NCBI GenBank assembly: GCA_043799545.1
Contig: JAZDNO010000019.1
Span: forward strand, 64,001 to 128,000
Direction of reading: 5' to 3'
Length of the DNA stretch: 64,000 nt
From: Methanobacteriota archaeon
Lineage (GTDB): Archaea > Thermoplasmatota > Thermoplasmata > SG8-5 > DAIRED01
Positions 47,974 to 57,810 of this stretch are shown here, piece after piece (position 1 is the first letter of the stretch; each line of letters opens with the position of its first letter). The notes below the pieces were generated by a model. It saw only the letters and a list, made by a program, of their open reading frames with translations. It was not told the origin of the DNA and searched no databases. Made by a program: the position numbers and the translations under genes.

Positions 47974-48744
47974 ATGGACGTTCTGCTGTTCGTCGCCGGC
48001 GCCATAGGGTTCGGTCCAGCGCTGGCTGTCCTTTTCCTGCTGCTGCGGGACTACGACTACCCCAGGATGGAGAAGGCGCTTTTCAGCGATACCAAGGTCT
48101 TCGGGCTCGTCGCGGCGGGCATGATAATTGGGACCGTGGTCTTCCTCATCGAGTGGCCGCTGTACCAGTCTTTCTACCTCCCCGCGACGGAGGACGGCGG
48201 GCTGGTGTTCGACTACGGCATGTTCTTCGTCATCTACGTGGCGCTCTTCTGCCTCGCCGAGGAGGGGGGAAAGCTGATGGTGCTCCTCTTCCCCGCAATC
48301 AGGAAGAAGTTCGACTGCGTGTTCTACGGCGTGGCGATAGGCTGCGGGATGTCGGCCGTGGCGGTGCTGGAGATGGTCTTCATCACCATAGGCCAGGCTG
48401 GGACGATGCCCGACGCCGCGTGGTTCATCGCGATAGTCCTGTACTCCATCGCCCTGGCGATGATGCACGCCAGCACCGGGGCGATGATCGCGGAGGCCAG
48501 CCAGCGGGGGGACCCGTGGCCGGGCTTCTTTAAGGCCTTCGCGCTCAGGGCCATCGTGGCGACTCTCATGCTCCCGAACTTCATCACCGGCAACATCTGG
48601 TTCTCGGTTCCCCTGATGGTTCTCGTGTCGTTCCTGGCGCTCCAGCACGTTTCCTCCAAAGTCATCCCGAGCGCCCTCCCCGAGGAGATACGCGCCACCC
48701 TACGGAAGAGAAGGGGGCGGAGGCCGAAATCGGCAGATATATAA
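47974..48744 (+). CDS. PrsW-like intramembrane protease family protein (possibly degenerate)
   Basis: Multi-TM, AEEGGK (EExxK), FYGVAIG and MMHAST. The second PrsW Glu motif is not evident. Confidence 0.55.
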   Translation: MDVLLFVAGAIGFGPALAVLFLLLRDYDYPRMEKALFSDTKVFGLVAAGMIIGTVVFLIEWPLYQSFYLPATEDGGLVFDYGMFFVIYVALFCLAEEGGKLMVLLFPAIRKKFDCVFYGVAIGCGMSAVAVLEMVFITIGQAGTMPDAAWFIAIVLYSIALAMMHASTGAMIAEASQRGDPWPGFFKAFALRAIVATLMLPNFITGNIWFSVPLMVLVSFLALQHVSSKVIPSALPEEIRATLRKRRGRRPKSADI

Positions 48745-48788
48745 ACCTCTACGGTAATGATTGTTTAGCTAAAAGTGGAGGGAATGCG

Positions 48789-51700
48789 ATGGCGGTCAAG
48801 GGCGAGAGCGTGGGCATGGCAAAGGCGAGGATTTTCGCGATATTGCTGGTATTGGCGATGACTGTGACGGCGATGGTGCCGATGGCGTCGAGCGTCGATG
48901 TGGCGAAGGCGGATTGCGCTCTGCCGGCGATGGCTGGAACGATGCCAGCGGCGGCTGCGGAATCGATAGTGGGGGCGGTGCCGACGGCGGCGCCTGAACC
49001 GAACGAGTCGAACACAATCGTAGTGCAACCGAATGCGAGCGTTGGAAAGGATGCATGGTTATACGATAACAACCCAAACGTGAATTATGGCGATTACAAT
49101 ATTTTCTCAGTAGGAACCTCCGGCACCGGTGAAACCGGGAGGGGTATCATGCAATTCAGCTTCCCGACTAGCAACCGCAACATCCTCTCCGCGACGCTAC
49201 AATTGTACAGCCTAGTCAACAACCGTGTTCCATACGGGGTCAATATCAGCGTTAACCCTGTCATAGGAGCATGGACGGAGGGGCCAGGCGGGGGCAATAA
49301 CAATGTGACATGGAACAGCCGCCTCACTGGCACAGCTTGGACGAAACCTGGTGGCGATTATGACGCTACGAGGGTTGCGTACGTGAACGTTTCGGAAGTC
49401 AACACTTGGTACAGCTGGAACGTGACAGCCCTAGTTAAAGCCTGGGCGGCCGCTACGCTACCGAACAATGGGCTCCTTCTAAATGGGACTGCGCTGAATT
49501 GCGCATGGAATTGGATAGACTTCGCATCGAGCGACAATGGTAATGATTTGTTTAATCCGAAACTTATCATCGTTTACGCTGCCGAGATTTCCACGCCGGT
49601 CCCCTCCCAGACGATGTCAGAAGATGCGGCAGCGCTAACGATTCCCCTGAACGGGAGGGGAAGCGGGACCGTGATGCACCAGTATGGAACAGGCACAGGT
49701 GGAAATCTCCTGCCATTTTTTGGTAGCTCGTACAACCAGATGCACCTTCAATCGATATTCACGCATGATATGGTCGGAGCAGAAGGCATCATCACGGAGA
49801 TCGCATTCAACCGAACCAACGCCGCAGACACTGGAACTTTCAACGATTTCCGTATCTCAATGGCACACACCGACTTGACCGCTGTAACCACAACATATGC
49901 TGACAATTACGATGGATACCTCGTAGAGGTTTTCCCGATGCAGACGATATTCGTCAACTCATCGAATGGCAACAGCTGGATTTATTTCGATTTAAACGGA
50001 AATTTCACGTACGATTCCAGACACAATTTAGTCGTGGACATCACATGGAACACCGATAGCGGCGATGATATTCCCCTCCAGAGGGAAATCGTCACCGGTG
50101 GGCGATGCTACGATGGTATTGGCGGAGCCACAGGAACTATCGAAGACCGCTTGACGGTCACCAGGTTCTCTGTCGACGTCGCCGACAATGTCGCGGTCGA
50201 GAGCGGCAACGATTGGAACTACTGGCCGTTCACGGACGAGGTGGACGGAGTATGGTCTATGCGAATGCAGATGCTATACTATCGCAGCATGGTGAACAAG
50301 AGCGGATGCTTGGACACGATATCTTTCCAGGGGGAGGAAGGGATTGCGGATTGGTGCGTTCTGGAGAACGTTTCGATACGCCTTGGGCACACGACGCGGA
50401 CGGACCTCACGAACACATTTAACAACAACATAGTCGGAGCCTGGACGACAGTCTTCACAAAGGCTTCGTACAATTTCACTTGTCCTGGCGCTCCAGGATA
50501 CAGATGGGTCGTAATAGACATCGACGATACCTTCGTGTACAACAATGTCGACAACCTCATCATTGACATTCGATGGAGAGGGAGCGAATATTCTGGAATT
50601 GGGGTGAACGATGGCTTGACGCTGACTGCCAATTGGTCGTGCCCATATGATTCTAGATTGTGCGATTCAGACATTGATGCCACGATGGCATTCCCTGATA
50701 GTACGCTCTACAATGCTCGCTTCGGCTTCGCCGACTCCGCCAACCTCACCTGGTCCGCAGTCAGCCAGAACCCGACTCTGTTCACGGCGAACGTGCCGGC
50801 CGGCACCAGGAACCTCGTCATCACGCCGCTCCCGAACCAGAACGGCGCGGGCGTCGCCAGGCTCACGCTCCGCAACTCGAACGGGCTCACCACCTTCCAG
50901 GACATACCCGTCACAATCACCGCAGTCAACGACGCCCCAGTGCTGACGCCCCTGGTGGGCATCAAGTGCGTGGAAGACGTGCCTTACGTCCTCTGTCTTT
51001 ACAAAAACAGCACAATCACGAACATATCCGACGTGGACAACGCAATTGCGAACCTCACCGTGACGGAGGATTCGAATAACGCGGTGGTGAACGGCACCAA
51101 CATAACCTTCCTGTACACCGAACTGGCCAGCAGCCAGAACGTGACGATAACCGTCACGGACCCGGACGGGCTGTCCGCAAATAGGACGGTCTTTGTCAAT
51201 CTCACGAAGGTGAACGACGCGCCGTACTTCCTCAGCTTCCCATCGACGGCCAACTGCGATGCCACAAGACCTACGCACATCACGTTGGCTCCCGGCGACG
51301 AGGAAACCCCGCAGGGCCAACTCAGCATACAGACTTACTCCCCGTACGCCAGCGTGAGCGGCAACACCGTCGTCCTGACGTACCCGAAAGGGATAGGCTC
51401 GGACCAGCTGACCGTTTACTTGCTCGACACCCTGAAATACGGCACCGTGAACAACGTCTCGCATCTGCTGCACGTGAGCATCGTGGACCACCCGGAGGTG
51501 ACGAACCACACTCCGACCGGTAATTCCGTGCCGGTAACGGCAATAGTAACGGCCACGTTCGACATGGCCATGAACCGCACGAAGGCGCAGAACGCCTTCT
51601 CGCTCAAGCTGGATGCGACTGCCGTCAACGGCACGTTCTCCTGGAGCGCAGACAACAAGACGATGACTTTCGTTCCGGCAGCTCACCTCACCAACGGCCT

Positions 51701-52298
51701 TTACACGGTCGAGGTGGCTGCGAGCGCGGAAAGCGCCGCAGGCGCCAAGATGCTGTCTGCCTTCCGCTGGAACTTCACCGCCGCCCTGGGGACGTTCGAC
51801 GGAGACGGAGACGGAATGCCGGACCAGTGGGAAATCGACAACGGCCTCGACCCGACCGTGGACGACGCCCAGAACGACGCCGACGGGGACGGAATGCCGA
51901 ACATCTACGAGTTCGAGAACGACCTCGACCCGCAGGTCAACGATGCCGAGCTGGACTCGGACGGGGACGGCGCGACGAACCTCGAGGAGTACGAGGCCGG
52001 CACGGACCCCAACGACCCGAGCGACACGCCTGCGGCCCCAATGGATTGGCTGCCGATACTGATGGCCGTTGTCGTGATTGCGGTAATCGCCGTCGTCGTG
52101 CTCTGGTTCTTGCTCGGGCGCAAGAAGAAGCCCGTCCAAACGGAGCCAGGCCACCCTTCGGCGTACCAGGAACTCCGCGAGCTCAGACCCGAGGTTCCGC
52201 CCGAGCGGCCCCCGCAGGAGGGCCAGCCGGCGAACCAGGGCTCGCCAGCGCCGCCAAGCCAGGGCGACCAGCAGTCTCCTCCCCCGCCGGGCCAGTAG
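48789..52298 (+). CDS. large surface/adhesin protein (DNRLRE-like, tandem beta repeats, cadherin-like, Big_5-like, TSP3-like Ca repeats, TM)
   Basis: Signal peptide; KDAWLYDNNPNVNYG; two related repeats; VNDAP units; HPEVTNHTP...ATFDMAMN; DGDGDGMPD/DADGDGMPN/DSDGDGATN; TM helix; Pro/Gln tail. Confidence 0.8.
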   Translation: MAVKGESVGMAKARIFAILLVLAMTVTAMVPMASSVDVAKADCALPAMAGTMPAAAAESIVGAVPTAAPEPNESNTIVVQPNASVGKDAWLYDNNPNVNYGDYNIFSVGTSGTGETGRGIMQFSFPTSNRNILSATLQLYSLVNNRVPYGVNISVNPVIGAWTEGPGGGNNNVTWNSRLTGTAWTKPGGDYDATRVAYVNVSEVNTWYSWNVTALVKAWAAATLPNNGLLLNGTALNCAWNWIDFASSDNGNDLFNPKLIIVYAAEISTPVPSQTMSEDAAALTIPLNGRGSGTVMHQYGTGTGGNLLPFFGSSYNQMHLQSIFTHDMVGAEGIITEIAFNRTNAADTGTFNDFRISMAHTDLTAVTTTYADNYDGYLVEVFPMQTIFVNSSNGNSWIYFDLNGNFTYDSRHNLVVDITWNTDSGDDIPLQREIVTGGRCYDGIGGATGTIEDRLTVTRFSVDVADNVAVESGNDWNYWPFTDEVDGVWSMRMQMLYYRSMVNKSGCLDTISFQGEEGIADWCVLENVSIRLGHTTRTDLTNTFNNNIVGAWTTVFTKASYNFTCPGAPGYRWVVIDIDDTFVYNNVDNLIIDIRWRGSEYSGIGVNDGLTLTANWSCPYDSRLCDSDIDATMAFPDSTLYNARFGFADSANLTWSAVSQNPTLFTANVPAGTRNLVITPLPNQNGAGVARLTLRNSNGLTTFQDIPVTITAVNDAPVLTPLVGIKCVEDVPYVLCLYKNSTITNISDVDNAIANLTVTEDSNNAVVNGTNITFLYTELASSQNVTITVTDPDGLSANRTVFVNLTKVNDAPYFLSFPSTANCDATRPTHITLAPGDEETPQGQLSIQTYSPYASVSGNTVVLTYPKGIGSDQLTVYLLDTLKYGTVNNVSHLLHVSIVDHPEVTNHTPTGNSVPVTAIVTATFDMAMNRTKAQNAFSLKLDATAVNGTFSWSADNKTMTFVPAAHLTNGLYTVEVAASAESAAGAKMLSAFRWNFTAALGTFDGDGDGMPDQWEIDNGLDPTVDDAQNDADGDGMPNIYEFENDLDPQVNDAELDSDGDGATNLEEYEAGTDPNDPSDTPAAPMDWLPILMAVVVIAVIAVVVLWFLLGRKKKPVQTEPGHPSAYQELRELRPEVPPERPPQEGQPANQGSPAPPSQGDQQSPPPPGQ

Positions 52299-53474
52299 GT
52301 GCGCGGTTTGGAATCGACGCCTCCCGTGCGATACGAGGAGCCGCCCCGCAAGAAGCGCAGCGTGGCCGGAATCATAGCCGTCGCGGCGGTGTTGATAATC
52401 GCGTTACTGCTTGTAGCCTCCCCCTGGTTCTGGGCGTTCATGGGCGATCTAGGGGAGACCCGAGCGTACGACGAGGGTGCCAAGCTCACGGTCAAGAGGA
52501 CAATCGATTTTTCCGTGAGCGGGCAGGGGGTTGTCGACTACGAGCTGGACATCCCTTTGCCTAAGAACCTAGTTGATTCCGATTCGGCATACGTCCAGAG
52601 GTCCACAAAAACCGACCCGGCTCCAACGCCGCTCGACGAGTACAAATACGGCCAGCACTGGATGGTTTGGGACGGTTCGGATGCGGCCAGCAAGAAGTTC
52701 GTCATCGATTACGAGTTCGAGGTCAGCACCATAATCTGGAACATAGCGCCCTCGGACAGCGCGGACGTCTCCGCCATCCCGCAGGACATGATGGACCGGT
52801 ACAATGGCGTGGAGTGGAAGATAGACCCGACGCTGCCAGAGGTTGCATCTTTGTCGAACGAGCTGACGCGCCTCGATGACAACGTCCGAGACAAGCTCCG
52901 CTCGATATACGACCACATGAAGGACAACCTCGTCTACGAGACCGGGCGCGATGGCTTGCCGAAATCCTGCCTGGAGACCCTACACGAAGGGGCGGGGGAT
53001 TGCGACGACCAGTCGATTCTGTTTTGCTCGCTTGCGCGGGCGGCGGGAATACCGGCGTGGATGGAGTTCGGCGCTCTCTACGACTCGGGGCAGGACATCT
53101 GGGGGGGCCACGCCTGGGCCAAGGCGTACGTTCCGCTGGCGAACGGCGGAGGCGGGGCCGTGTGCATCGACGTGGTCAACAGGGAGTTCTTCGTCCGCGC
53201 CTGCAACAGGTTCTCCGATTGGGAGAGCGACGGGAACGGCACGCACATGGAGGACTACTACAACACCCTCTCCTATACGTCGGTCCACAGCGTCCAGCTC
53301 GAATATTCCGAGACGTACGAGGGTTCGTACGAGGCCACCGGAGGAAAGGTGAGCGCAAGGATGGAATCGTCTATCCGGCCCGGAATGGCGCAGGAATTCA
53401 TCGCCGCCAAACCGTCGGTCCGCGCCAGCGCAGGGGTTCAAAGCGATTTGAAGAGCCCTGCCCGCGCTTCGTAA
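52299..53474 (+). CDS. membrane-anchored transglutaminase-like protein
   Basis: N-terminal TM; GDCDDQS...ARAAGIPA, GHAWA, IDVV triad. The start may be TTG 52308 after AGGTG. Confidence 0.85.
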   Translation: MRGLESTPPVRYEEPPRKKRSVAGIIAVAAVLIIALLLVASPWFWAFMGDLGETRAYDEGAKLTVKRTIDFSVSGQGVVDYELDIPLPKNLVDSDSAYVQRSTKTDPAPTPLDEYKYGQHWMVWDGSDAASKKFVIDYEFEVSTIIWNIAPSDSADVSAIPQDMMDRYNGVEWKIDPTLPEVASLSNELTRLDDNVRDKLRSIYDHMKDNLVYETGRDGLPKSCLETLHEGAGDCDDQSILFCSLARAAGIPAWMEFGALYDSGQDIWGGHAWAKAYVPLANGGGGAVCIDVVNREFFVRACNRFSDWESDGNGTHMEDYYNTLSYTSVHSVQLEYSETYEGSYEATGGKVSARMESSIRPGMAQEFIAAKPSVRASAGVQSDLKSPARAS

Positions 53475-53848
53475 ACGGAGCCGTTGTCGACGAGCCTCTT
53501 CAGCCCCATCTCCCAGTTGGAGATGCCATCGGCCCTTGCCCGCGCAGCGAACTCTTCCTCGCTGAATTCGCCCCTCTCCTTCGTGAGCGCCTCCGCTGCC
53601 GATTCGAGCCTTTCGAACTGAGTGAGCCCGGCTTTTTTCGCCGCAGATGTTTCAATGGCTTCCATTTTTCCGTCGCTGGACAACGCCGAAAGTGCCAGCC
53701 TGGCCTGATGGAGGGTCTCGAACTCGCGCTGCGGCGTCTGGCCGACCGGGAATCTCTTACCGCACCAAGGGCAGCCGGTGGTCTTGACCGGAATCTGGGC
53801 GATCTTCAGCCTGCCGCATCCGGGGCAAGGCATCACAGCGAAACTCAC
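53438..53848 (-). CDS. zinc ribbon + winged-helix hypothetical protein
   Basis: CPGC...CPWC and C-terminal LKRLVDNGSVYE..AG wHTH-like segment. GTG 53848 chosen as start. Confidence 0.6.
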   Translation of the reverse strand: MSFAVMPCPGCGRLKIAQIPVKTTGCPWCGKRFPVGQTPQREFETLHQARLALSALSSDGKMEAIETSAAKKAGLTQFERLESAAEALTKERGEFSEEEFAARARADGISNWEMGLKRLVDNGSVYEARAGLFKSL

Positions 53849-53873
53849 GTGGGACCATATCGGCGATGGAGAT

Positions 53874-54026
53874 TTATTCTTTCGCCCCGGGGTCGTCCTC
53901 CTCCTCGTCATCCTCTTCCTTCTTCCCGAATATCGAAAATATTCTGCTGGAGAGCCCAGGCTGGCGCTTTTTCTTCCGCGCCTCTATCCTTTCGAGGTCT
54001 CCGTAGAGATCTTTCCCGGAATGCAT
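53874..54026 (-). CDS. 50-aa highly charged small protein (below ORF-track cutoff)
   Basis: Hand translation MHSGKDLYGDLERIEARKKKRQPGLSSRIFSIFGKKEEDDEEEDDPGAKE*. GGAGGGGG RBS. Confidence 0.6.
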   Translation of the reverse strand: MHSGKDLYGDLERIEARKKKRQPGLSSRIFSIFGKKEEDDEEEDDPGAKE

Positions 54027-54201
54027 AGCCCCCTCCATTAATGGATAATATGAATGGAAGAGTTTATATAGGTTTCCAATTGATGCTATAAATGTGTTTT
54101 GATATGTGGCTTATAAAAGTTACTGCATTGTCACGAGAAAAAGAAACAACGGGCCTCTGCAAAAGCCTTTTATCGCAAGTGCCGATTGGCCCGCGACGAG
54201 C

Positions 54202-55506
54202 ATGTTGCCCATATCTGACGTTCTTGCGGGAAAGGCCGAGGAAGGCGCGGAAGTCGAGGTCCGCGGCTGGATCTGGCGCACAAGGAGCAGCGGGGGGATA
54301 GCGTTCCCGATACTGCGAGACTCCTCGGGCGTACTCCAGGTCACTGTGAAGAAGGGCAACGTGCCTGACGCGGATTTCGAGGATTCTCGCAAGGCACTGG
54401 TCGAGTCTTCAGTCATTGTCGCGGGCAAGGCGAAGAAGGACTCCCGCGCCCCCGGCGGCTGGGAGCTCCAGGCGACGGGATTCAAGTGCGTCTCGTTCGC
54501 GGAGCCGTACCCGATAACGAAGGACCAGTCCGAGGAATGGCTGCGCGAGAACAGGCACCTGTGGCTCAGGTCGAGGCGCATGATTGCCATCCTAAAAATT
54601 CGCCACACCGTCGTCGGTGCGATTCACCAATTCTTCCGCGAGAGGGGCTACTACGAGTTCGACCCGCCGATTCTCCAGCCCAACCAGTGCGAGGGCGGCT
54701 CGACGCTTTTCGAGGTCAAGTACTACGACATGAAGACTTACCTCTCGCAGACGTGGCAACTCTACGCGGAGGCGGGCATCTTCGCGCTGGAGAAAATCTA
54801 TGACGTCGCGCCGACGTTCCGCGCCGAGAAGTCCAAAACCTCGCGGCATCTTTGCGAGTTCTGGATGGCAGAGATGGAGGCCGCGTGGATGGGCCTGGAC
54901 GAGTGCGCCCAGGTCGCGAAAGACGAAATCCAGTTCATAGTCCAGCAGGTTTTGGAGAAGAACCGCCCGGAGCTCGAGTTCCTCGGGCGCGACATTTCGA
55001 AGCTGGAAGCCAGCAGGACGAAGCCGTTCCCGACGATAACGTACACCGAGGCGCTGGAGCTGCTGAAGAAGAACGGCATGGCCGTCCCTTGGGGCAAGGA
55101 CCTGCGCACCACCGAAGAAGAGGAGATAATGAAGCATTTTGACACTCCAGTCGTGGTGACGCACTATCCAAAGGAGATTATGGCGTTCTACAAGCCGGTG
55201 GATAAAGATGCGAAGGCGCCCGGCTCGGTGGCAAAGTGCTTCGACATGCTCGCCCCTGAGGGGTACAGCGAGATAGTCGGAGGCTCGGAGCGGGGAACTG
55301 ACATACCCGAACTCAAAGAGAGCCTCGAGCGCGACGGGGAGAACCCCGACAACTACCAGTTCTACATGGATTTGCGCAAGTACGGCTCCGTCCAGCACTC
55401 AGGATACGGCGTCGGCGTGGAGCGCGTCGTATCCTGGATTTGCGGCCTGGACAACATCAAGGACGCCATCGCGTTCCCGAGGACGAGCACGAGGATAACG
55501 CCTTAG
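54202..55506 (+). CDS. asnS: asparagine--tRNA ligase
   Basis: OB domain RGWIWRTRSSGG..F..LRD, EGGSTLF, YLSQTWQLY, FRAEKSKTSRHLCEFWMAEME, GGSER, GVERVVSWICG. Confidence 0.92.
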   Translation: MLPISDVLAGKAEEGAEVEVRGWIWRTRSSGGIAFPILRDSSGVLQVTVKKGNVPDADFEDSRKALVESSVIVAGKAKKDSRAPGGWELQATGFKCVSFAEPYPITKDQSEEWLRENRHLWLRSRRMIAILKIRHTVVGAIHQFFRERGYYEFDPPILQPNQCEGGSTLFEVKYYDMKTYLSQTWQLYAEAGIFALEKIYDVAPTFRAEKSKTSRHLCEFWMAEMEAAWMGLDECAQVAKDEIQFIVQQVLEKNRPELEFLGRDISKLEASRTKPFPTITYTEALELLKKNGMAVPWGKDLRTTEEEEIMKHFDTPVVVTHYPKEIMAFYKPVDKDAKAPGSVAKCFDMLAPEGYSEIVGGSERGTDIPELKESLERDGENPDNYQFYMDLRKYGSVQHSGYGVGVERVVSWICGLDNIKDAIAFPRTSTRITP

Positions 55507-55548
55507 TTCGTCCATCAGGATTAAATCCCGTACTGCAATCCGCTTGCG

Positions 55549-56466
55549 ATGGCTCTCTGGACCTACGTCGCCCTCGACCTGCTCCTCCTGGCTTCGCTGT
55601 GCATGCTTGGCTTCGGCCTCGCCTTGAAGCGCGGCGCGTTCCACATCTTCCGGGCCGTCGGCTGGGCTGGCTTCGGCCTCTACTGGGGGCTCCAGGCGCC
55701 GCACTACTGGTCAATCGCCGATGCGGTGAACGTGCTCGGATGCCTGATGGCCATGCCGATTTTCTGCTACCTCGGCTGGCACGAGTACCTCTCTCATAAG
55801 TGGAACGACGAATACGAGCCGCTGCGGTTCGTGGGATGGGCGATGTTCATCGCATCAATGGGTTTTTTCGTCGTGGACAAGATACCGGTTGTCTCGGGGG
55901 CCCTCATTCTAATCGTGGCGCAGCAGAGCGTCTGGCTGGCGAACCTCTTCGGTTACAATTTCGGCGTTTCTGGCGTGGAATATTATGGCAATCCATGGTA
56001 CTACAAGACCGACTACCTGCCGATGAACGAGGTCAACGCCCCACTTGTGGGCGTAGACATCAAGATAGTCCTGGCCTGCACGGCCATCCAGGCATTGCTC
56101 ATCACTGCGGCGTTCATCTTCGCCTCGCGCGGCGACAGCAAAAGGAAATGGCAAGCCTTCGCGGTCGTCGCCCCCTCGATATACCTCGTGAACCTGGCAA
56201 GGAACGCGCTCGTCGTGGCGCTCACCTACGAAAACGGGGTCGATTACTTCGACTTCGCCCACAACGTGATTGGGAAGACCATCAGCCTCGTCGCCCTCGT
56301 CGTGCTCGTCCTCTACGCCTTCTGGAAGCTCCCGGAGATGTACGAGGACACCAACGGCGCGTTCGACCTTTTCTGGCGCAAGGGGCCGAGGCACGACTAC
56401 GTCTCCAACGTGGGGAGGGTCTTCGAGCTGGCTGCGGGGAAGAGGGGGAAGAAGCCCTCCTCTTGA
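55549..56466 (+). CDS. artA: archaeosortase (exosortase family)
   Basis: Multi-TM with LACTAIQA (Cys), VNLARNA (Arg) and FAHNVIGK (His). Confidence 0.85.
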   Translation: MALWTYVALDLLLLASLCMLGFGLALKRGAFHIFRAVGWAGFGLYWGLQAPHYWSIADAVNVLGCLMAMPIFCYLGWHEYLSHKWNDEYEPLRFVGWAMFIASMGFFVVDKIPVVSGALILIVAQQSVWLANLFGYNFGVSGVEYYGNPWYYKTDYLPMNEVNAPLVGVDIKIVLACTAIQALLITAAFIFASRGDSKRKWQAFAVVAPSIYLVNLARNALVVALTYENGVDYFDFAHNVIGKTISLVALVVLVLYAFWKLPEMYEDTNGAFDLFWRKGPRHDYVSNVGRVFELAAGKRGKKPSS

Positions 56467-56479
56467 AAATGATGAGACC

Positions 56480-57070
56480 CTAACCTCTTGGGAGGTCATT
56501 TGAGTTCTTGAAAGCCGTTCCACATCCCTCGCAATAACCTGACTCGTCGATATACATTCTGAATTTTGTAGCCCTGCATTTCGGGCAATACGGGACTCCC
56601 GCGACTACAGGTCTCTGCATTGTCTGGCCAGGCACCGGTGCCCGTCCTGGAAAAAGCTCATTGACATCGACATCGTCCGAGTATGATTCGTACTTCGTCG
56701 GTCGCCTCGTGCTAGATTTAAACTCATCCATCACGATGAATAAATATATGACAACGAGCAGAAATATTGCAGCCTGGACCAGAGTCCACGGGTCTGATGC
56801 ATCGACGAAAAGGTTCCAGAGGATTATCGGCAGGTTGAGCAATTGGAGTATAAGCGTCCATACCCAAGCCCACTCTTCCAAGTTCCACAGCCCTTTCGCA
56901 AGATAAATCAAAGCAGCCCCGATTATCAATACCACCAAAGCAAAAATCCCAACGAAACAAACCAGAAGGCCAAGTATGGCCAATAAGATGCCAGTCACCA
57001 GTACGATAATACCCTCGATTGCAGTCAATATCGCAAGTACCGAGATTCCAATTGGCCTTTCTTTCAGCAT
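56480..57070 (-). CDS. membrane protein with C-terminal zinc ribbon
   Basis: RPIGISVLAIL...GLWNLEEWAW, 4 TM helices and CPKC...CEGC; AT-rich. Confidence 0.7.
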   Translation of the reverse strand: MLKERPIGISVLAILTAIEGIIVLVTGILLAILGLLVCFVGIFALVVLIIGAALIYLAKGLWNLEEWAWVWTLILQLLNLPIILWNLFVDASDPWTLVQAAIFLLVVIYLFIVMDEFKSSTRRPTKYESYSDDVDVNELFPGRAPVPGQTMQRPVVAGVPYCPKCRATKFRMYIDESGYCEGCGTAFKNSNDLPRG

Positions 57071-57168
57071 GCCCTCATCCGCTACCTAACATTGCATGGA
57101 TTTTCAGTATTTAATAATGAGTGCGCGCAACCAAAACCATTTTCTAACCCAATCGAATAGGCGTTGCG

Positions 57169-57810
57169 ATGAGAGCCGACAGAAAAGTCATTCTGGCGTT
57201 GGACGAGACGGACCCGGCCAAGGCGAAGGCCGTGGCAAAAGCGGTCGCCCCGTTCGTGGCCGCAATTAAAGTCAACTATCCGCTCGTCCTGAGCGCAGGC
57301 ATGGGAATAATCACCGAGCTGGCCAAGGACTCTTACGTTCTTTGCGACTTCAAGGTGGCCGACATCCCAAACACGAACCGCCTCATCGTGGAGCAGGCTG
57401 TCAAGGCGGGGGCTAGCGGCGTCATATGTCACGCCTTCGCAGGCGATGACTCGGTCAAGGCCTGCGTCGATGCGGCCCAGGGCAAAGACATATTCGTCGT
57501 CACGGAGATGAGCCATCCAGGCGGGAAGAGGTTCACGCAGCCGCTCGCGGACGAGCTGGCCAAGATTGCGGTCGAGGCTGGCGCGGCCGGAGTCATCGCC
57601 CCGGCGACCAGGCCGGAGCGAATCGCGCACGTGCGGAAGCTCGTTGGCAACCTCAAGATTCTCAGCCCCGGCGTGGGGGCTCAGGGCGGCAGCGCCCGAG
57701 ACGCGCTGCGGGCTGGGGCGGACTACGTTATAGTGGGCCGTGGCATCTATCAATCCCCGGACCCGGCAGCGGCTGCAAAAGCCGTTTCAGAGGAGACAAA
57801 ATCCATATGA
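57169..57810 (+). CDS. pyrF: orotidine-5'-phosphate decarboxylase
   Basis: LALD, AIKVNY, DFKVADIPNTN, MSHPG, PATRPER, PGVGAQGG, IVGRGIY. Confidence 0.97.
   Translation: MRADRKVILALDETDPAKAKAVAKAVAPFVAAIKVNYPLVLSAGMGIITELAKDSYVLCDFKVADIPNTNRLIVEQAVKAGASGVICHAFAGDDSVKACVDAAQGKDIFVVTEMSHPGGKRFTQPLADELAKIAVEAGAAGVIAPATRPERIAHVRKLVGNLKILSPGVGAQGGSARDALRAGADYVIVGRGIYQSPDPAAAAKAVSEETKSI

Noticed and set aside
51800-52030. Repeated GACGGNGACGG sequences as a DNA repeat array or CRISPR
   Set aside because: They encode DxDGDG Ca-binding protein repeats; there is no constant repeat-spacer periodicity, and no CRISPR array or cas gene was seen anywhere in the window.
50667-52154. Long antisense ORFs (e.g. 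495 aa here, 385 aa at 4619-5776, 415 aa at 34060-35307)
   Set aside because: Shadow ORFs expected opposite GC-rich coding strands; no recognisable motifs or RBS.
52296-52301. In-frame TAG directly followed by the next ORF (large surface protein to transglutaminase), suggesting pyrrolysine/amber read-through fusion
   Set aside because: TAG is a frequent ordinary stop in this window (asnS, htpX, rSAM, GNAT, VIT1, M20), no pyl genes are visible, and AGGTG at the junction can serve as RBS for TTG 52308.
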